A program made the translations under genes and the position numbers. A stretch of 64,000 nt of DNA from Eledone cirrhosa (taxonomy: Eukaryota), in assembly GCA_964016885.1 (NCBI GenBank), contig OZ024746.1, positions 48,670,001 to 48,734,000 on the forward strand, read 5' to 3'. The notes under the pieces are model-generated. The model saw only the letters and a program-made list of their open reading frames with translations. It searched no databases and was not told where the DNA came from. Positions within the stretch are counted from its first letter, which is position 1; each line of letters begins with the position of its first letter. Positions 41,691 through 56,445 of this stretch are shown here, piece by piece.

Positions 41691-42009
41691 TCATTCACTT
41701 TTGCTTAACTTCTCCAAATGTCGTATTATATTAATACATCACTTCTCATCTGCACAATTCTTCGTAAATACACATATGTATGTGCGGGAGTGACTTTGTG
41801 TGATTGTGTCTACCCAAGTATAATTCAGCAATAAGAAAGTATGAAGCAATTTCTTGATCAACTATAATACATAATACATGTCAGGTTAGAATGATGTAGT
41901 TGATTGAAGAGCAATGTGCAGTCACTGGGCGAATGTCCATAACAGTTAAATTAATATCAGGTGATAAATAAGATATCTACTACTTATATACGACATATAT
42001 AATACCTCG

Positions 42010-42039
<30 letters not shown>

Positions 42040-42049
<10 letters not shown>

Positions 42050-42733
42050 GGAAATCAGTAAAATCGAATCTCTGGGGGTTTGCAAGTAAATTCGGCCTAC
42101 TTATATGAAGTGATGGGCTAGCAAAGCACTCGATAAGATAGGTTTCAGAGTTATAACATACGTTTAAATAGCTTGACAAATCGAACATTGTGGTAGGCTA
42201 AACAAACACGCAATACATATCAAAGTAACGAAAAAACTAATCAGGTTGAGAAAAATAGACCTGGACAAATCAAACGGGCGTTTGAAATGTTTCTCTGACT
42301 CCGAAATCAAATATCAGACTTACTTGAATGGCAAGGTCATGGTATTGGTGACTGAACAGAGGACTCAGTTTATCAGCAGGTTTTCGTTCTGCTTAGAATC
42401 AGGAGTGATAAAATATGTTGCTGCTCAAATCGAATCTATATTTATCACGTGTTAATTCCGGCAAGGGAAATAACCCCTGGTTTTTGGCGGGTCATTCGAA
42501 TGGAAATATTTTTGGCGGGTCAGCGAATGGAAATATTTTAATTTCCGCTAATCATCAGGATAAGCTCTCGACTAGATGTTATAAAACTAACACAAATAAT
42601 TAACCAATCAACAGGATTTTCCAATTAAATTAATTGGTTAATTATTAAATCTAGGAGATTAATATAATTGGAAATCAGTAAAATCGAATCTCTGGCGGTT
42701 TGCAAGTAAATTCGGCCTACTTATATGAAGTGA

Positions 42734-42737
<4 letters not shown>
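42040..42737. mobile_element. Non-coding partial-tandem TA-flanked element (unit ~620 bp)
   Basis: ~73-bp direct repeat (42043-42115 vs 42662-42735); internal 28-bp duplication at 42481-42536; CTGATGA on the minus strand at 42552-42558. Confidence 0.7.
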
Positions 42738-42800
<63 letters not shown>

Positions 42801-42803
<3 letters not shown>

Positions 42804-42990
42804 CGAAGGAAGTGTGGTAAAGAACCCGATGGACATAACACACCAGAGTACTCAATACTTAGGGTAGTAGAGTGGGTAATAGAAAAACGTTTAACCCCGA
42901 CGGCAGAGCTCAAGCCGTTTCGACGGCTATTTCGAAATAGCCGTCGAAACGACTTAAGCTCTGTCGTCGGGGTTAAACTTTTTCCTACAT
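42801..42990. mobile_element. Palindromic TA-flanked element centred at CTATTTCGAAATAG, with hammerhead 3' halves
   Basis: Inverted arms around 42933; the left arm is extended; same family as 21066 and 63630. Confidence 0.8.
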
Positions 42991-42999
42991 ATATATATT

Positions 43000-43527
<528 letters not shown>

Positions 43528-43683
43528 TATATATATATATATTAGATAGTAAGGTTTTTCTACAAATTGAAAAATAACCGAGGTGTCCTACACGAGTGAA
43601 AATATAAAGAAAAATAGATGAAATCGAAAATGCAACTGCAGTCTTATTTAAAAATATATATATATATTTGGATCCTTTACCGG

Positions 43684-43730
<47 letters not shown>

Positions 43731-43854
43731 ATACATATATAGGGAGGTATTATATATATATATGAGTGGGTACATATATATATGAAAGGCTTGTTCTAAT
43801 TCTGAAGCCACTTTCAATTGAAAACTGCTATACGTTTTGAATGTTATTATGTGG

Positions 43855-44452
43855 AAGGGCACAATCGTTAAACAGACGTACGAAATGTTTTTTCGGTATT
43901 CGTTCCGTTTCTCTGCACTCTTTCAGTTTAAATCAGGCCAGGTTCTTCTTTGGCACCCTTACAGTGTCGATAAAATGAACTATCAGTAAGACACTGGGGT
44001 CGATTTAGTCGACCTTGTCCTCGTCACCATAAAATTGTTGGCCTTGTGCCTAAATCAGAAACCATTAATATTATTACTATTAGAGGGTCGGACGCCATGC
44101 TTTGACGCATAGAGTTACGGCCCTTGCCATTCTGAGTTCAAATCCCGCCGAGGTTAACTTTGCCTTTCATCTTTACGGAGTCGATAAAATAAAGTACCAG
44201 TAATGCACTGGGTAATTGCTGGCCTTGTGCCAATAGTAGAAACAATTATTATTATTACTATATTAGGCGGTGGATTGGCAGTATCGGTAGAGGGTCGGAC
44301 GCCATGCTGTGCAGCATAGTTACGTCCCTTTACGGACTGAGTTCAAATCCCGCCGAGGTTAACTTTGCCTTTCGGGGGTCGTAAAATAAAGTACCAGTAA
44401 TACACTGGGATAATTGCTGGCCTTGTGCCAAGAGTAGAAACAATTATTACTA
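43855..44452 (+). mobile_element. Tandem cluster of three tRNA-SINE copies
   Basis: Copies at about 43855, 44080 and 44265, separated by ATT-rich tails. Confidence 0.85.
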
Positions 44453-45217
44453 TTTTAGTAGTAGTAGTAGTAGCAGTAGTAGTAGTAGTAGTAGTAGTAG
44501 TAATAGAAGTAATATTTCATCAATCGATCAGCAACTGTTACAATTAATTCGACCTAAATTTCCTTGCACGCAGATCGAGGATTATTGCTTAAGAGGATTT
44601 GATTACGAACGCTAACAGTTTATGAATTTCTTTTTTTTTTAGTTTTATTAATCCATCTAATTGAGTAACATTTTGTCATCAATTATTCATTTGACTTTCT
44701 AGAGCTACGTACTTCTAATCTTGTAGCAAGCTGAAGCCGCAGCTTCGTTTCAATTCTCAGTTGATGTACGTTCGCATCACTAAAACCTCTAATGCCCATC
44801 AGAAGGATCTCGAAAGTTCAGATTTATCAATTCTCTTACGCCAGAATACAACACATTTATGCAATGAGAAGTTTCCATTTAAGGTGCTAAGTGCTTAAGT
44901 ACAAAGTGCTAAGATGCAGCAAAACATGATTCTGATGTGACCCCGATTTTTGATTAAAACCGATACATTTCACTCAGTCAGCTGACTGCAGTGATTTTCG
45001 ATTTAACGCTATATTAGTCAAAATTACTAAATTAAGATAAAAACATGAAACAGAGCTGTAATGAGACCCACTTTTTAATACGGCTTTGCCTTGAAAATCA
45101 GAGCACAATCATAAATTAATCTGTTGAGTTTTATATTGTCCTACTAACCGAAATAAGACAGAGCCTATCGCTAGGTTAGACATTAGTGTATATAATATAT
45201 AATATATATATAGTTTA

Positions 45218-45291
<74 letters not shown>

Positions 45292-46786
45292 TATATACAT
45301 ACTAAACTATATATATATATATGGTGTATATATGCAGTTTAGTATGTTCGGTTGCACTATTAACTGACCAATGTATCTTATTTAGATGAAAATAGTATAG
45401 TTACAATGTATCAATAATAATAGGGTCATTCATCAAATTTTAAATGACAAGCTCGTTTGTAAATATATTTTGTGCCTTGTGGGCCAAACCAAAATAGAAA
45501 TCTGCCCTTGAACATCCAATAGGATGATGAAGTTACAGCTCACACCTGCGAAGGTTTAGCTGAACTGTTGTGTGGTTGTAACTCATAGGAGGATTCAAGG
45601 GAACTGTAATGACAGTAGTCCCTGACACGCCATGAAAAGACTCACCCACAGAACTTGACGTATATCCGTTGCAAGGATTAACTTGCAGCTGTTGCTGGTA
45701 CTCATTTCTTTTCAGAAGAGCGTACTGGACCACGTAAATTAAAGCACTCTACTCTATGGAAAAAAGCTCTTTTCTAATTACATTAGGTTTATTTTCATTA
45801 TTTAAACCTTTAGCATTTTTATTGCTCTATATATACTATTGTATTTTCATGGTAAAGACTTTATCTCACATAATATAAAATCTATGATATTTTGATGTTA
45901 TTTATTTTGAGAACAATACCTTAATGTCAGTATGAGTGCCCAGTTAAAACCAGTTTGAACAGAAAGAGAGAAACAGGTGAAAGAATTCTGGCCGGATATG
46001 GCTAATTTAAATGCTATAAAGGCGTTAACAATATACCTACACTATCAATCAATATAAAAATTGTAATTACTTTTGAAATACAGATTATTGTGAAATTTAA
46101 TTTCTAATTTGAGGTTCGTGTAATAAAAGGGGAATACTAGTGGTGATCAGTCATTACTGTTCTAAGAAGGGATTTAATATACTAATATACTTCGTTTTTG
46201 AAAGTGGCTGTTCACATAAATTGGTTTGTGCTAAACGTTTCCTTCAAACTAGTGAGAATGGCGTAGGTGTATTCGTTAGGGAATAGAAAAATGTCTTCCT
46301 ATAAAGGGAGAGATTATAATTAGCTGCGAGTAGAAAATATCAATTTATATTACAGAACTTTCAATACAGAAAATATAAGGCATATTAGCTCAGGATCGCT
46401 TTGTAATCTAAGACTGAACTTGTTAAGATGTGTCATTGCATCCAGCGCAATATATATGTGTGTTTGTTTATATCTGTGTGTGTGTGTGTGTGTATATGTG
46501 TGTGTATGTGTGCGCGCGTGCGTGTGTGTGTGCGCGCGTGCGTGTGTGTGGATGTGTGTGTGTGTGTGTGTACGCCCGTTTGGCTCCTGTATATAATTAA
46601 ATGTATCAGAATATCCAAATGTAAATAGGTATATTAGAGCTAGAATTGAATTATCCCAAGCTTAATCTCTTCTGGCAGTATTCGGATTTACTGTAGTTGA
46701 CACCCACTTGGGGTTATGTTTTCCATTACCCTTTTGCATATATATTCTTTCTATTTTCGAGTATTCGCTTCTTTTGTTTATTTACC

Positions 46787-46882
<96 letters not shown>

Positions 46883-47775
46883 ATATGTATATATATATAT
46901 ATATATATACGGAGATAGAGAGAGATACAGTGTGTGTGTATGTGTGTGTGTGTGCATCTGTGGTGCTAAATCCAGAAAGTAGCACACTATGTATAATCGG
47001 ATGCATATAAGGAAACGTCCATTGAGCTTTTCTGTCGAGAAGCATAATCGTCATACATATTATGTATATACGTTAACTTCATATATATATATATATATAT
47101 GTATATACGTGTGTGTGTGTGCGTCTGTGTGTGTGTGTATGTATGTGTGTGTGTGCGAGGGTAGGGAGGTGTGTGCCCCGTGATTAATTTTGTGTAAAGT
47201 GAAATTAAGAGATTGTCTGTTTTAGTAATCAACAATATTGACAAAATGTACGGTCCAAAATGTAAAAAAAGAAATCAGTCAAATTATTTCTTTCCTTTAC
47301 AGAGATTTATTTAGTAAAATTGTTTACTCCTTAATACTACAAGAAAATAATATCTAATAGTTTTTTGGGGAGAATGGAATCGGTCTATTATTTAATTTAC
47401 ATAACAGTGCAAACCTTGACTATAGTATGCATTAACCAATGTAGAGAAGCAATGCACAGCAAGATTATAATCTGTGTTACTAGGAAAAACAAAAAAAGAT
47501 TCGTTAGAATTTATATGTAATTACGTTGTCACCGTATACTGCATACGGTAAGTGAATTTTGCTATCAGCCTTCATACTATTTGGAATGCCTCAGGTAAAA
47601 CGAAGGGGATATATTATGGGATACGACGCCATCTTCAACTGTTTTTAAACGACGGCTGCATGGAAATCTCGCTGATGATCTGTATATCCAATATGGCATG
47701 AAACTATATTACGGAAATAAATACAGGCAATATATATATATATAGGAAGAGAGATGAAGCGAGTGAGAGAGAGAA

Positions 47776-47829
<54 letters not shown>

Positions 47830-47852
47830 ATGTATATATATATATATATATA

Positions 47853-48599
<747 letters not shown>

Positions 48600-48711
48600 A
48601 GGGAGTGGGGGAAAAATTGACCTGATTCTGCGGTGTATTTTAGATCCCTGATATGATTTTAGCACTGGATAATACTTACTTCACTACATATATACATATG
48701 AACATGTATGT

Positions 48712-48774
<63 letters not shown>

Positions 48775-49551
48775 TTTTGAACCCTACAAATTGTTGGTTT
48801 TCTTCTCAACACAGTCGAATGTGTTAATGTACCTTCTTTGCCGGACGGTGAAAAAACACCTTCGACCGTACCTTGTATCACGAAAAGAACAATTTTTATC
48901 GAGGAAGTTTTTCAATTCTTTTGAGGAAGGTTTCAACGTTTTCAAGTTTTTATAATATTTTTTAGGAGGGAGAGGGTGTCTGAAGAGCTTAGGCTATCAA
49001 AATTGATATTCCTCAGCGAAATATGTATAACGGAGTTTTAAATCAACTTAAATCAACTGAGTATGGCCTTTGATCTAATTAATATTGTATATATATATAT
49101 ATATATAATATATTTATCCCCAAATTTTATTTTCCTTCGTTTTTAACAACATTCTTTAATAACATCTAACTCTTATTTATCACAGCCATATGAATTAATA
49201 TAAATTTATCCCTATAAGTATACCTATCAATCAATTTAATTTCTTGTTATAGATCTAAATTCCTTGACCCTAATATTTTATTCTCCTTCGATTTTAACAT
49301 TAGCATTATCCTTTAATAACATCAAATGTTTGTGTACCTTTCACCGGCTTGAACTCTTTCCATCCTCAAAGTATTCTATTCATTCAAAGTATTCTTTCCA
49401 TTCAAAACTTAAGTCTGCATTCCTCTACCCCTAAATTAAATTTCTACTACTACTATTCTATCAACTTGACCACTTACTACTTTTCTATTGGTCAATTGAA
49501 AACCTGTTCCCAAACAGACCTTTACATTAAATCTTTGTTGGTTTTTTTTCA

Positions 49552-49737
49552 TGGATTGGCAGTATCGGTAGAGAGTCGGACGCCATTCTTTGCAGCATAC
49601 AGTTACGGCTCTTGCCATTCTGAGTTCAAATCCCGCCGAGGTTAACTTTGCCTTTCATCCTTACGGGGTCGATAAAATAAAGTACCAGTAATGCACTGGT
49701 AATTGCTGGCCTTGTGCCAAAAGTAGAAACAATTATT
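49552..49737 (+). mobile_element. tRNA-derived SINE
   Basis: Family consensus. Confidence 0.88.
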
Positions 49738-50029
49738 TCTGAAGGTATGTATATTTCCTCTGATAGTTTGTAACATTTTTACATAGATGTATATGATATA
49801 CATACCCACACACATATGTATCCTAGAAACGATCGTAAAATGATGAATTTTTTAATATAAGGAACTTGTTCTTGTTTTTATTCATTGTTTTTATTAATTT
49901 ATCTTGACTCTGTTTTCCTGTGATTTTCATCGAAACATTTTTGAATGCATCTTGTCTTTTCATGATATTTGGATTACATTGAGTTCTTCATACGGATTGG
50001 ACACTACCGTATATTTTGGTAGATATATC

Positions 50030-50129
<100 letters not shown>

Positions 50130-50322
50130 GAGTGAGAAAGAGAGAGAGTGAGAGAGAGAGAGTGAGAGAGAGAGAGAGAAAGAGAAATTTATATATATGT
50201 AAAATCCCGATCGAGGCGCCAAGCGATTTCTCTATACCCACTCTACATGTATCAAGTACTCACATGATTAGTGGTTTCCTCGGTCTCAGTACCGCAGACT
50301 CTCTCTCTCAACCTCTCTCTCT

Positions 50323-50381
<59 letters not shown>

Positions 50382-51142
50382 GAAAGAGGGAGAGATAGAG
50401 AGAGAGAGAGATGTATAGATATATATTTGTGTGCGCATTTGTTTTTACCTATAACTATATAACGTAGAGAAATTCATAGTTTATTAACAAACTAAATTGA
50501 TAATAGATTTCAATTTCATTTCATCTCGTGAAATGTTAGAAATGTTCTATTATATTTATATATTTGAAGTTCCGATATCTTTAGGAAGACTCACGCTTAG
50601 CTTTCATTTCTTAGCTTTAAGCGATACGGTATTGAAGCTAATTGAGTCCAATTATGTTGCAAATGCCCTTTAGAAGAGCATCGCGTGTCTCAAGCCCTTT
50701 GACATCTGCTTTGAATTTCTGACCTTGTCTATCACTAATCAATCATTATTGTGTTCATAATTATGGTGATGATATACAAGTAGGGTACCGAACACAATCA
50801 ATCAGCTCAAAATGTGGCCAGTTCGTGTTCTGTTAACACAAATGTTTTATATATGGGGCTAATGAACTTAATAGACATAGCTCATGTTTTCATTGTTCTA
50901 AATATTTTGCATAGGATATAATAATTTGCACTTGTAGTCTATAGCAGTTCTGTAAAATTGTTGAATGCTTTGTTATAATGGAGCGAAAGTACATTAAGGG
51001 AAATAACTCCAGTGTATTACAAGTATCGGAAGGCTTGGATGGGGACCACATGACTGAATACTATTATGCTCAATAGCCATTACAGTTAAATAGAGCAGGT
51101 GACAGATGAGATCCCAAAGAGGGAAGATTGAATTATGGTTTT

Positions 51143-51420
51143 TGTTGTATGGACTGGGAATCGAACTCACAACCTCATTGTTGTATGGACTGTTAAATTC
51201 GTTTTATTCAATTTACACGTGCTCACACATTTGCATATGAATCACGTGACCTGGGCAGTCAGTCAGCGTTGGTATTAAAAACTCGGTCACAGACTGCTGC
51301 TGGCACTTACTTTATGTTGTTCTGCTACTGTGAGGAGGGGCGTTTTGGTTGTTTCGTACAATACACAAATTATTTGATATAACTCGTGTTTTCTCTGCGA
51401 GTACCGAGAGGAATACAACA
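51143..51420. mobile_element. Solo LTR (TGTTGTAT...ATACAACA) with GTTTT target-site duplication
   Basis: 8-bp terminal inverted repeat; GTTTT at 51138-51142 and 51421-51425; AATAAA on the minus strand. Confidence 0.7.
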
Positions 51421-52829
51421 GTTTTAATTAACGAATTGACCTCGTTTAATAACTATAATATCCATACAATTTTTTGTGAATCAGGCAGCCGTATCTCTAC
51501 ATTTTATGAATAGAAATTGAACATCGGTTCTATTCCGAGTTGTCACCGTTCTATTCTACATTCGAAGATCACTAACTGCCTCGGTAGAGAACATTGAGAT
51601 TGAACACCGTCTTTTCCAACAGCTTTTTGAACCCATTTAATTTTACAATATATTCTTACGTCACCAAGACCCTTAGTGGGATAGGAAATTGTGTATTTCA
51701 CAACATTCAATTTCCTCTACCAACATCTCCTGTAAAACTATAATCTATTAAGTAGAAACACAAAAAAATAAAATAAAATAAAAAATATATAAAACAAGAA
51801 ATAATTTTAAAATTCCATCAAACATAATTCTACCGAATGAAAAGACCCAATTCAATTTCTATTATACGTATTAGCGTATTTAGTATCGATTTCAGGGAGA
51901 GCCAGCAGTTAAATTATATCAGGATATAATCCTATCTGGATAGGAAAACGAGATTTTCGTTGTCATTCGTTTGTTTTATTATTATTTTATTTTTGTTGTA
52001 TGTTATTTTTCATTAAGCTATCTACTTAGTTTTTGTTCCAACATGAAACGAATTTTTCCAGGACTAAATTAAAAATTAACCCGTGACTACTACCTTCCAA
52101 CTATATTAGCTTTCGGAAAAAAACAACCCAAACAAACAAACAAAAGAAGTATACTGAAGGTGGATGAAAGTATAAACTGGTTGGATGGAAGATGACAATG
52201 TAGTGGATGGGGAAGATCACGATAGAAAAGATGAACAAGATGATTATGATGATAAGGAGGAGAAGAATGATAATGAAAGTGGCCGTGGTTGTAATGGTGG
52301 TAATGGTGGTTAGAGTAATCATAAAATAATGGGGAATAAATGCACAAGCAGAAAGAATAAAAAATGCAAAAAAAACAGAAAGATGGCGCAGAGGTATAGA
52401 AAGATGAATAACAAAGTGATTGAAAAAATACTGGTATTGTTGATATGATTAATATAATGATGATGATGAGAAGGTGAAGGAGGAGGAGGAAGAAGAGGAA
52501 GCTGATGATGATTAGGAAGATGATGGCGTGTAGAGAAACTAAAGAATTCTGAAAAAGACCAAGGTAAAGAAGAATACAATGTCAAATATACATGTATTTT
52601 TTTATGTGAAGACCATTTTCATCTCTACTCACAGGTCAATTTGCCAATTTCCGGTAGTACTCTTCAATATATGTCATTTTAGTAAACATGCAAGATTCTG
52701 AAAATGGTAAAAGCGCAGTAATGTCGATTATAATCGTATAGAAACAGAATTGTTTGCTGTTTTTGTAGTTGTTGTAGTTGTAGCAGTTGTAGTTGTTGGT
52801 GTTGATGTTATTATTATTATTGTTGTGGA

Positions 52830-53197
52830 TTGCAGCATAGAGTTATGGCCCTTTATGTTCTGAGTTCAAATCCCACCGAGGTTAACTTTGCCTTTCATTC
52901 TTACGGGGTCAATAAAATAAAGCACCAGTAACGTACTGGTGTCGATTTAATCGATTTTCCCCTCCCCACAAATTATTGAGCTTGTACATATACTATAAAT
53001 CCTTATTATTGTTGTGGATTTGCCTAATCGGTAGAGCGTCAGACACCATCCTTTGCAGTTATGGCCCTTTACGTTCTGAGTTCAAATCCCGCCGAGGTTA
53101 ACTTTGCCTTACATCCTTACTGGGTCGATGATAAAATAAAGTACCAATAATGCACTGGAGTAATTGCTGGCCTTGTGCCAAAAGTAGCAACAGTTAT
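52830..53197 (+). mobile_element. Two tandem tRNA-SINE copies
   Basis: Family consensus at about 52830 and 53015. Confidence 0.85.
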
Positions 53198-53777
53198 TAT
53201 TATTGTTGTTGGTGGTTCCGGATCAAGCCTGATCAAGCAGACATATATGCATGTATCTAGTCATGCCACCAATACTGGTGGCATGGGTAGATTCCCTACT
53301 TCGGTATTAATTTAAATAAATCGTAAAATTAAACATATTTTGGGGTGTTCCTATCTTTATCGCGCTAGGAAACTACTTTTGCCTGTTTAGTATAAGCAAC
53401 GTATTGAATAGCGATTTAGAATCGGGAATATCGGCAATGGTTTGTACTCGGCTCTCTTAGTCAAACCTCTGTTTATAGCATCGGATATCAATTAGGAAAC
53501 CGGTTCATATCCAATCTTTGCTTAATTAAGTTTTGGCATCGTATATTGTAGGATATAAACGTCGCATGCTTTAAATTAAATATACCGCAAGATGAAATAT
53601 CTATATACGAGATCATTTCCACCTCAAAATGTTAACCTTTCTTCTCATACATTGTTCACTTTAGTAGTTACATCATGAAACACAGCCACATACACAAACG
53701 CACATACACATATATATATACACACGTCCATACACACACTTTTACATCAGTAGGAAACCGCTTTTAGGGTGTTATTC

Positions 53778-53833
<56 letters not shown>

Positions 53834-53929
53834 TATATTAAAGAGTTAAACAAGATTCAATGAGTACATCAAAGAATGAGTTTTACAATAGATTGGAAGC
53901 ACTCTACAGTAAATATTTTCCAGAGTTAT

Positions 53930-54012
53930 TAATATTAATTCAAATATTAACAAAATAGATATTCTTGTGATGATCACAAGAATATCTATTTTGTTAATAT
54001 TTGAATTAATAT
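53930..54012. repeat. Perfect ~40-bp-arm hairpin in a TA-flanked insert
   Basis: ATATTAATTCAAATATTAACAAAATAGATATTCTTGTGA-TGA-TCACAAGAATATCTATTTTGTTAATATTTGAATTAATAT. Confidence 0.85.
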
Positions 54013-54900
54013 ATATGAATATGAATGAAGTAATTCCGTCGGAAAAGTCCAGGAAAAAAGAGTGCTCTATGTAGGTAACAGAGCTTAATTATTATTATTA
54101 TGTAATAAACAACATAAGGCAATTATTCCATTTACCAGTGGTTTCTTAAAAGCAAAAGGTTTTGCTTTCAATCCTCAGAATGAAAAAATCCTGGTTTGTT
54201 TATTGAATTTGGATTTAAAAAAAACAAAAATGCAATCTATATGAAAGTGAGGCTGGAGAAGGAAGAAGGAAAGGAAAAATAAAATAAAACAACACAAAAG
54301 CATACATACACACACATATATATATACATATATATATATACAAATATACATATACACATATATATATATACATACACATATATACACATACACATACATA
54401 CACATATACACATACATACACTCATACATACACACACACATACACACACACATATACACACATATATATATATATATACACATATACATATATATATGTG
54501 TGTACAAGCATACACATGTACAAACATAGCCATACGCACACACATATATACATACATACATTCACACAATCATACATATATACACACGTACATACATACA
54601 CATACATAAATGCACTCCTCTACATATTCACACACGCAAATAAATATAAGAAAAAAAAAATATATATATATATATATTAAAAATATTTGACACCGTTACA
54701 TAAGGAGCTAACTGGACAGACACGCGTGGTAAGTAATACACACAAATGCACGTATACATACGTACGAAATAGTAAACACATACACACACTCTCACACATA
54801 AATACAAATACAATATACATATACAAATACATATACAAATACATACACATACATGCACAAACACGCACACGTATACAATATATACACACACATATGTATA

Positions 54901-54936
<36 letters not shown>

Positions 54937-54951
54937 TGTATATATATATGA

Positions 54952-54992
<41 letters not shown>

Positions 54993-55549
54993 GTATAACC
55001 GGAATATGTTTATGGACCACTTAGACATAGTATAAGGAACGCATTACCATTAAGAATGATAATAATACTTCATGTATTACCTATATCCATGTATATAAAT
55101 TGGCATGGAAAAATGCCATAATAGCTGGAAACTAAACAGAGAATAACAAATAGAGTTAAAAGAATGAAATAAGGAAAGAATAAAAGAAATTAAATAGAAA
55201 GAATCAGGTGTTATATTATTCTTCATCTAGACTGTTAATATGTAAGTCGCTTTCGTAGAATATATATATATATTCCTAAGAGGCATTCTTTCAAAATATT
55301 CCAAAGTAGAATGACATTTTCCATGTAAAAGAAGCATAAATACAAGAAGGAAAGAAATGAAATAATAGGAATCAGTTGTTATAATATTGTTCAATCTATA
55401 GAGTCTATTCTTAAGAAATTTCGTGGTATGAACATACATAAACAACCATTATTTCAAAACTTCCAAAGTAGGGTGACATTTTCTTTGAATGAAATCTCCT
55501 CTTCAAAGTATCAGGTAAATATTCTTTTGCATGTCTCTTTCATCTTTCT

Positions 55550-55552
55550 TTT

Positions 55553-55610
<58 letters not shown>
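55550..55610. repeat. (TTTC)n microsatellite
   Basis: Direct inspection. Confidence 0.95.
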
Positions 55611-55611
<1 letters not shown>

Positions 55612-56319
55612 CCTTCTCTCTTTGTAGCATCTATCCACCTTCTCTGTCTTCCCAATACTGTTACAGTACCATTCTTTATCTTTCCTTTTCTTCCTGTTTT
55701 CTGTTTCCTCTTTTGATTTGGTACTGGCTTTGATCCGTTTCATTATGAATCCACATAAAAATTTACTGTATTGAATTTATGAAAATACAAAAAGATTAGA
55801 ATGTCTGAAACGTGTATGTTTTTTTCTATCGATTCTAACGAAAAGATGAAAAATAAAGACCCGCCCCCCTGGGATTGATCCTGGAACAAGTACTTGTCAA
55901 ACACTCTTTCGATTGTGCCAATCATGTAAGAGATATAACAATCTTTATTATTTCTTTCAAGTTTTCATCAGGCTGAAACTAGTTTAGTATTCAAAGAAAC
56001 ATAGTTATTCAATTTTATCTTCTTTCTTTTTTAGTCCATAAAACTTTTATTGAATTATTTTCGAAAAAATGGCAAAACTATATCACACATATCTTGTTTA
56101 TGATATTACAAAAAAAAAAATCTCTCAGTTATTTTCTAGTGTTCAGAATCAACTGGCTATAGTATGTCTGTGAGTTGTTCTACTCGCAAATTTGTTAAGA
56201 AAATCGACGCCAATTCATAAATATACTGTACATATATGACTGATTTTATCAGCAATGTGAAACATATATTATTGAAGGCAGAGAAGCAGCGTGGCTGCTA
56301 ACAACACTAGGATTTAAAC

Positions 56320-56445
56320 ATCTTTTCACTCGTGCGCTGCAAGTGTTCGCTAATGCCCGGCATCTTTCTCGGTCGTTGGCGAGTCGTTGTGCTTGTGAGA
56401 TTTGAACTCCACAGGTTTGAAGGTCCTTGGCGAGAGTATCCATAC
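56320..56445 (-). mobile_element. 3' end of an RTE-type LINE
   Basis: MDTLAKDLQTCGVQISQAQRLANDRERCRAL matches the DT...DL...G....A..LA.DR..WR tail of RTE ORFs. Confidence 0.55.

Noticed and set aside
42481-42536. 28-bp direct repeats (also ~57-bp repeats at 36740-36850) as a CRISPR-like array
   Set aside because: Only two adjacent copies, no spacers, no cas genes, and a eukaryotic context.
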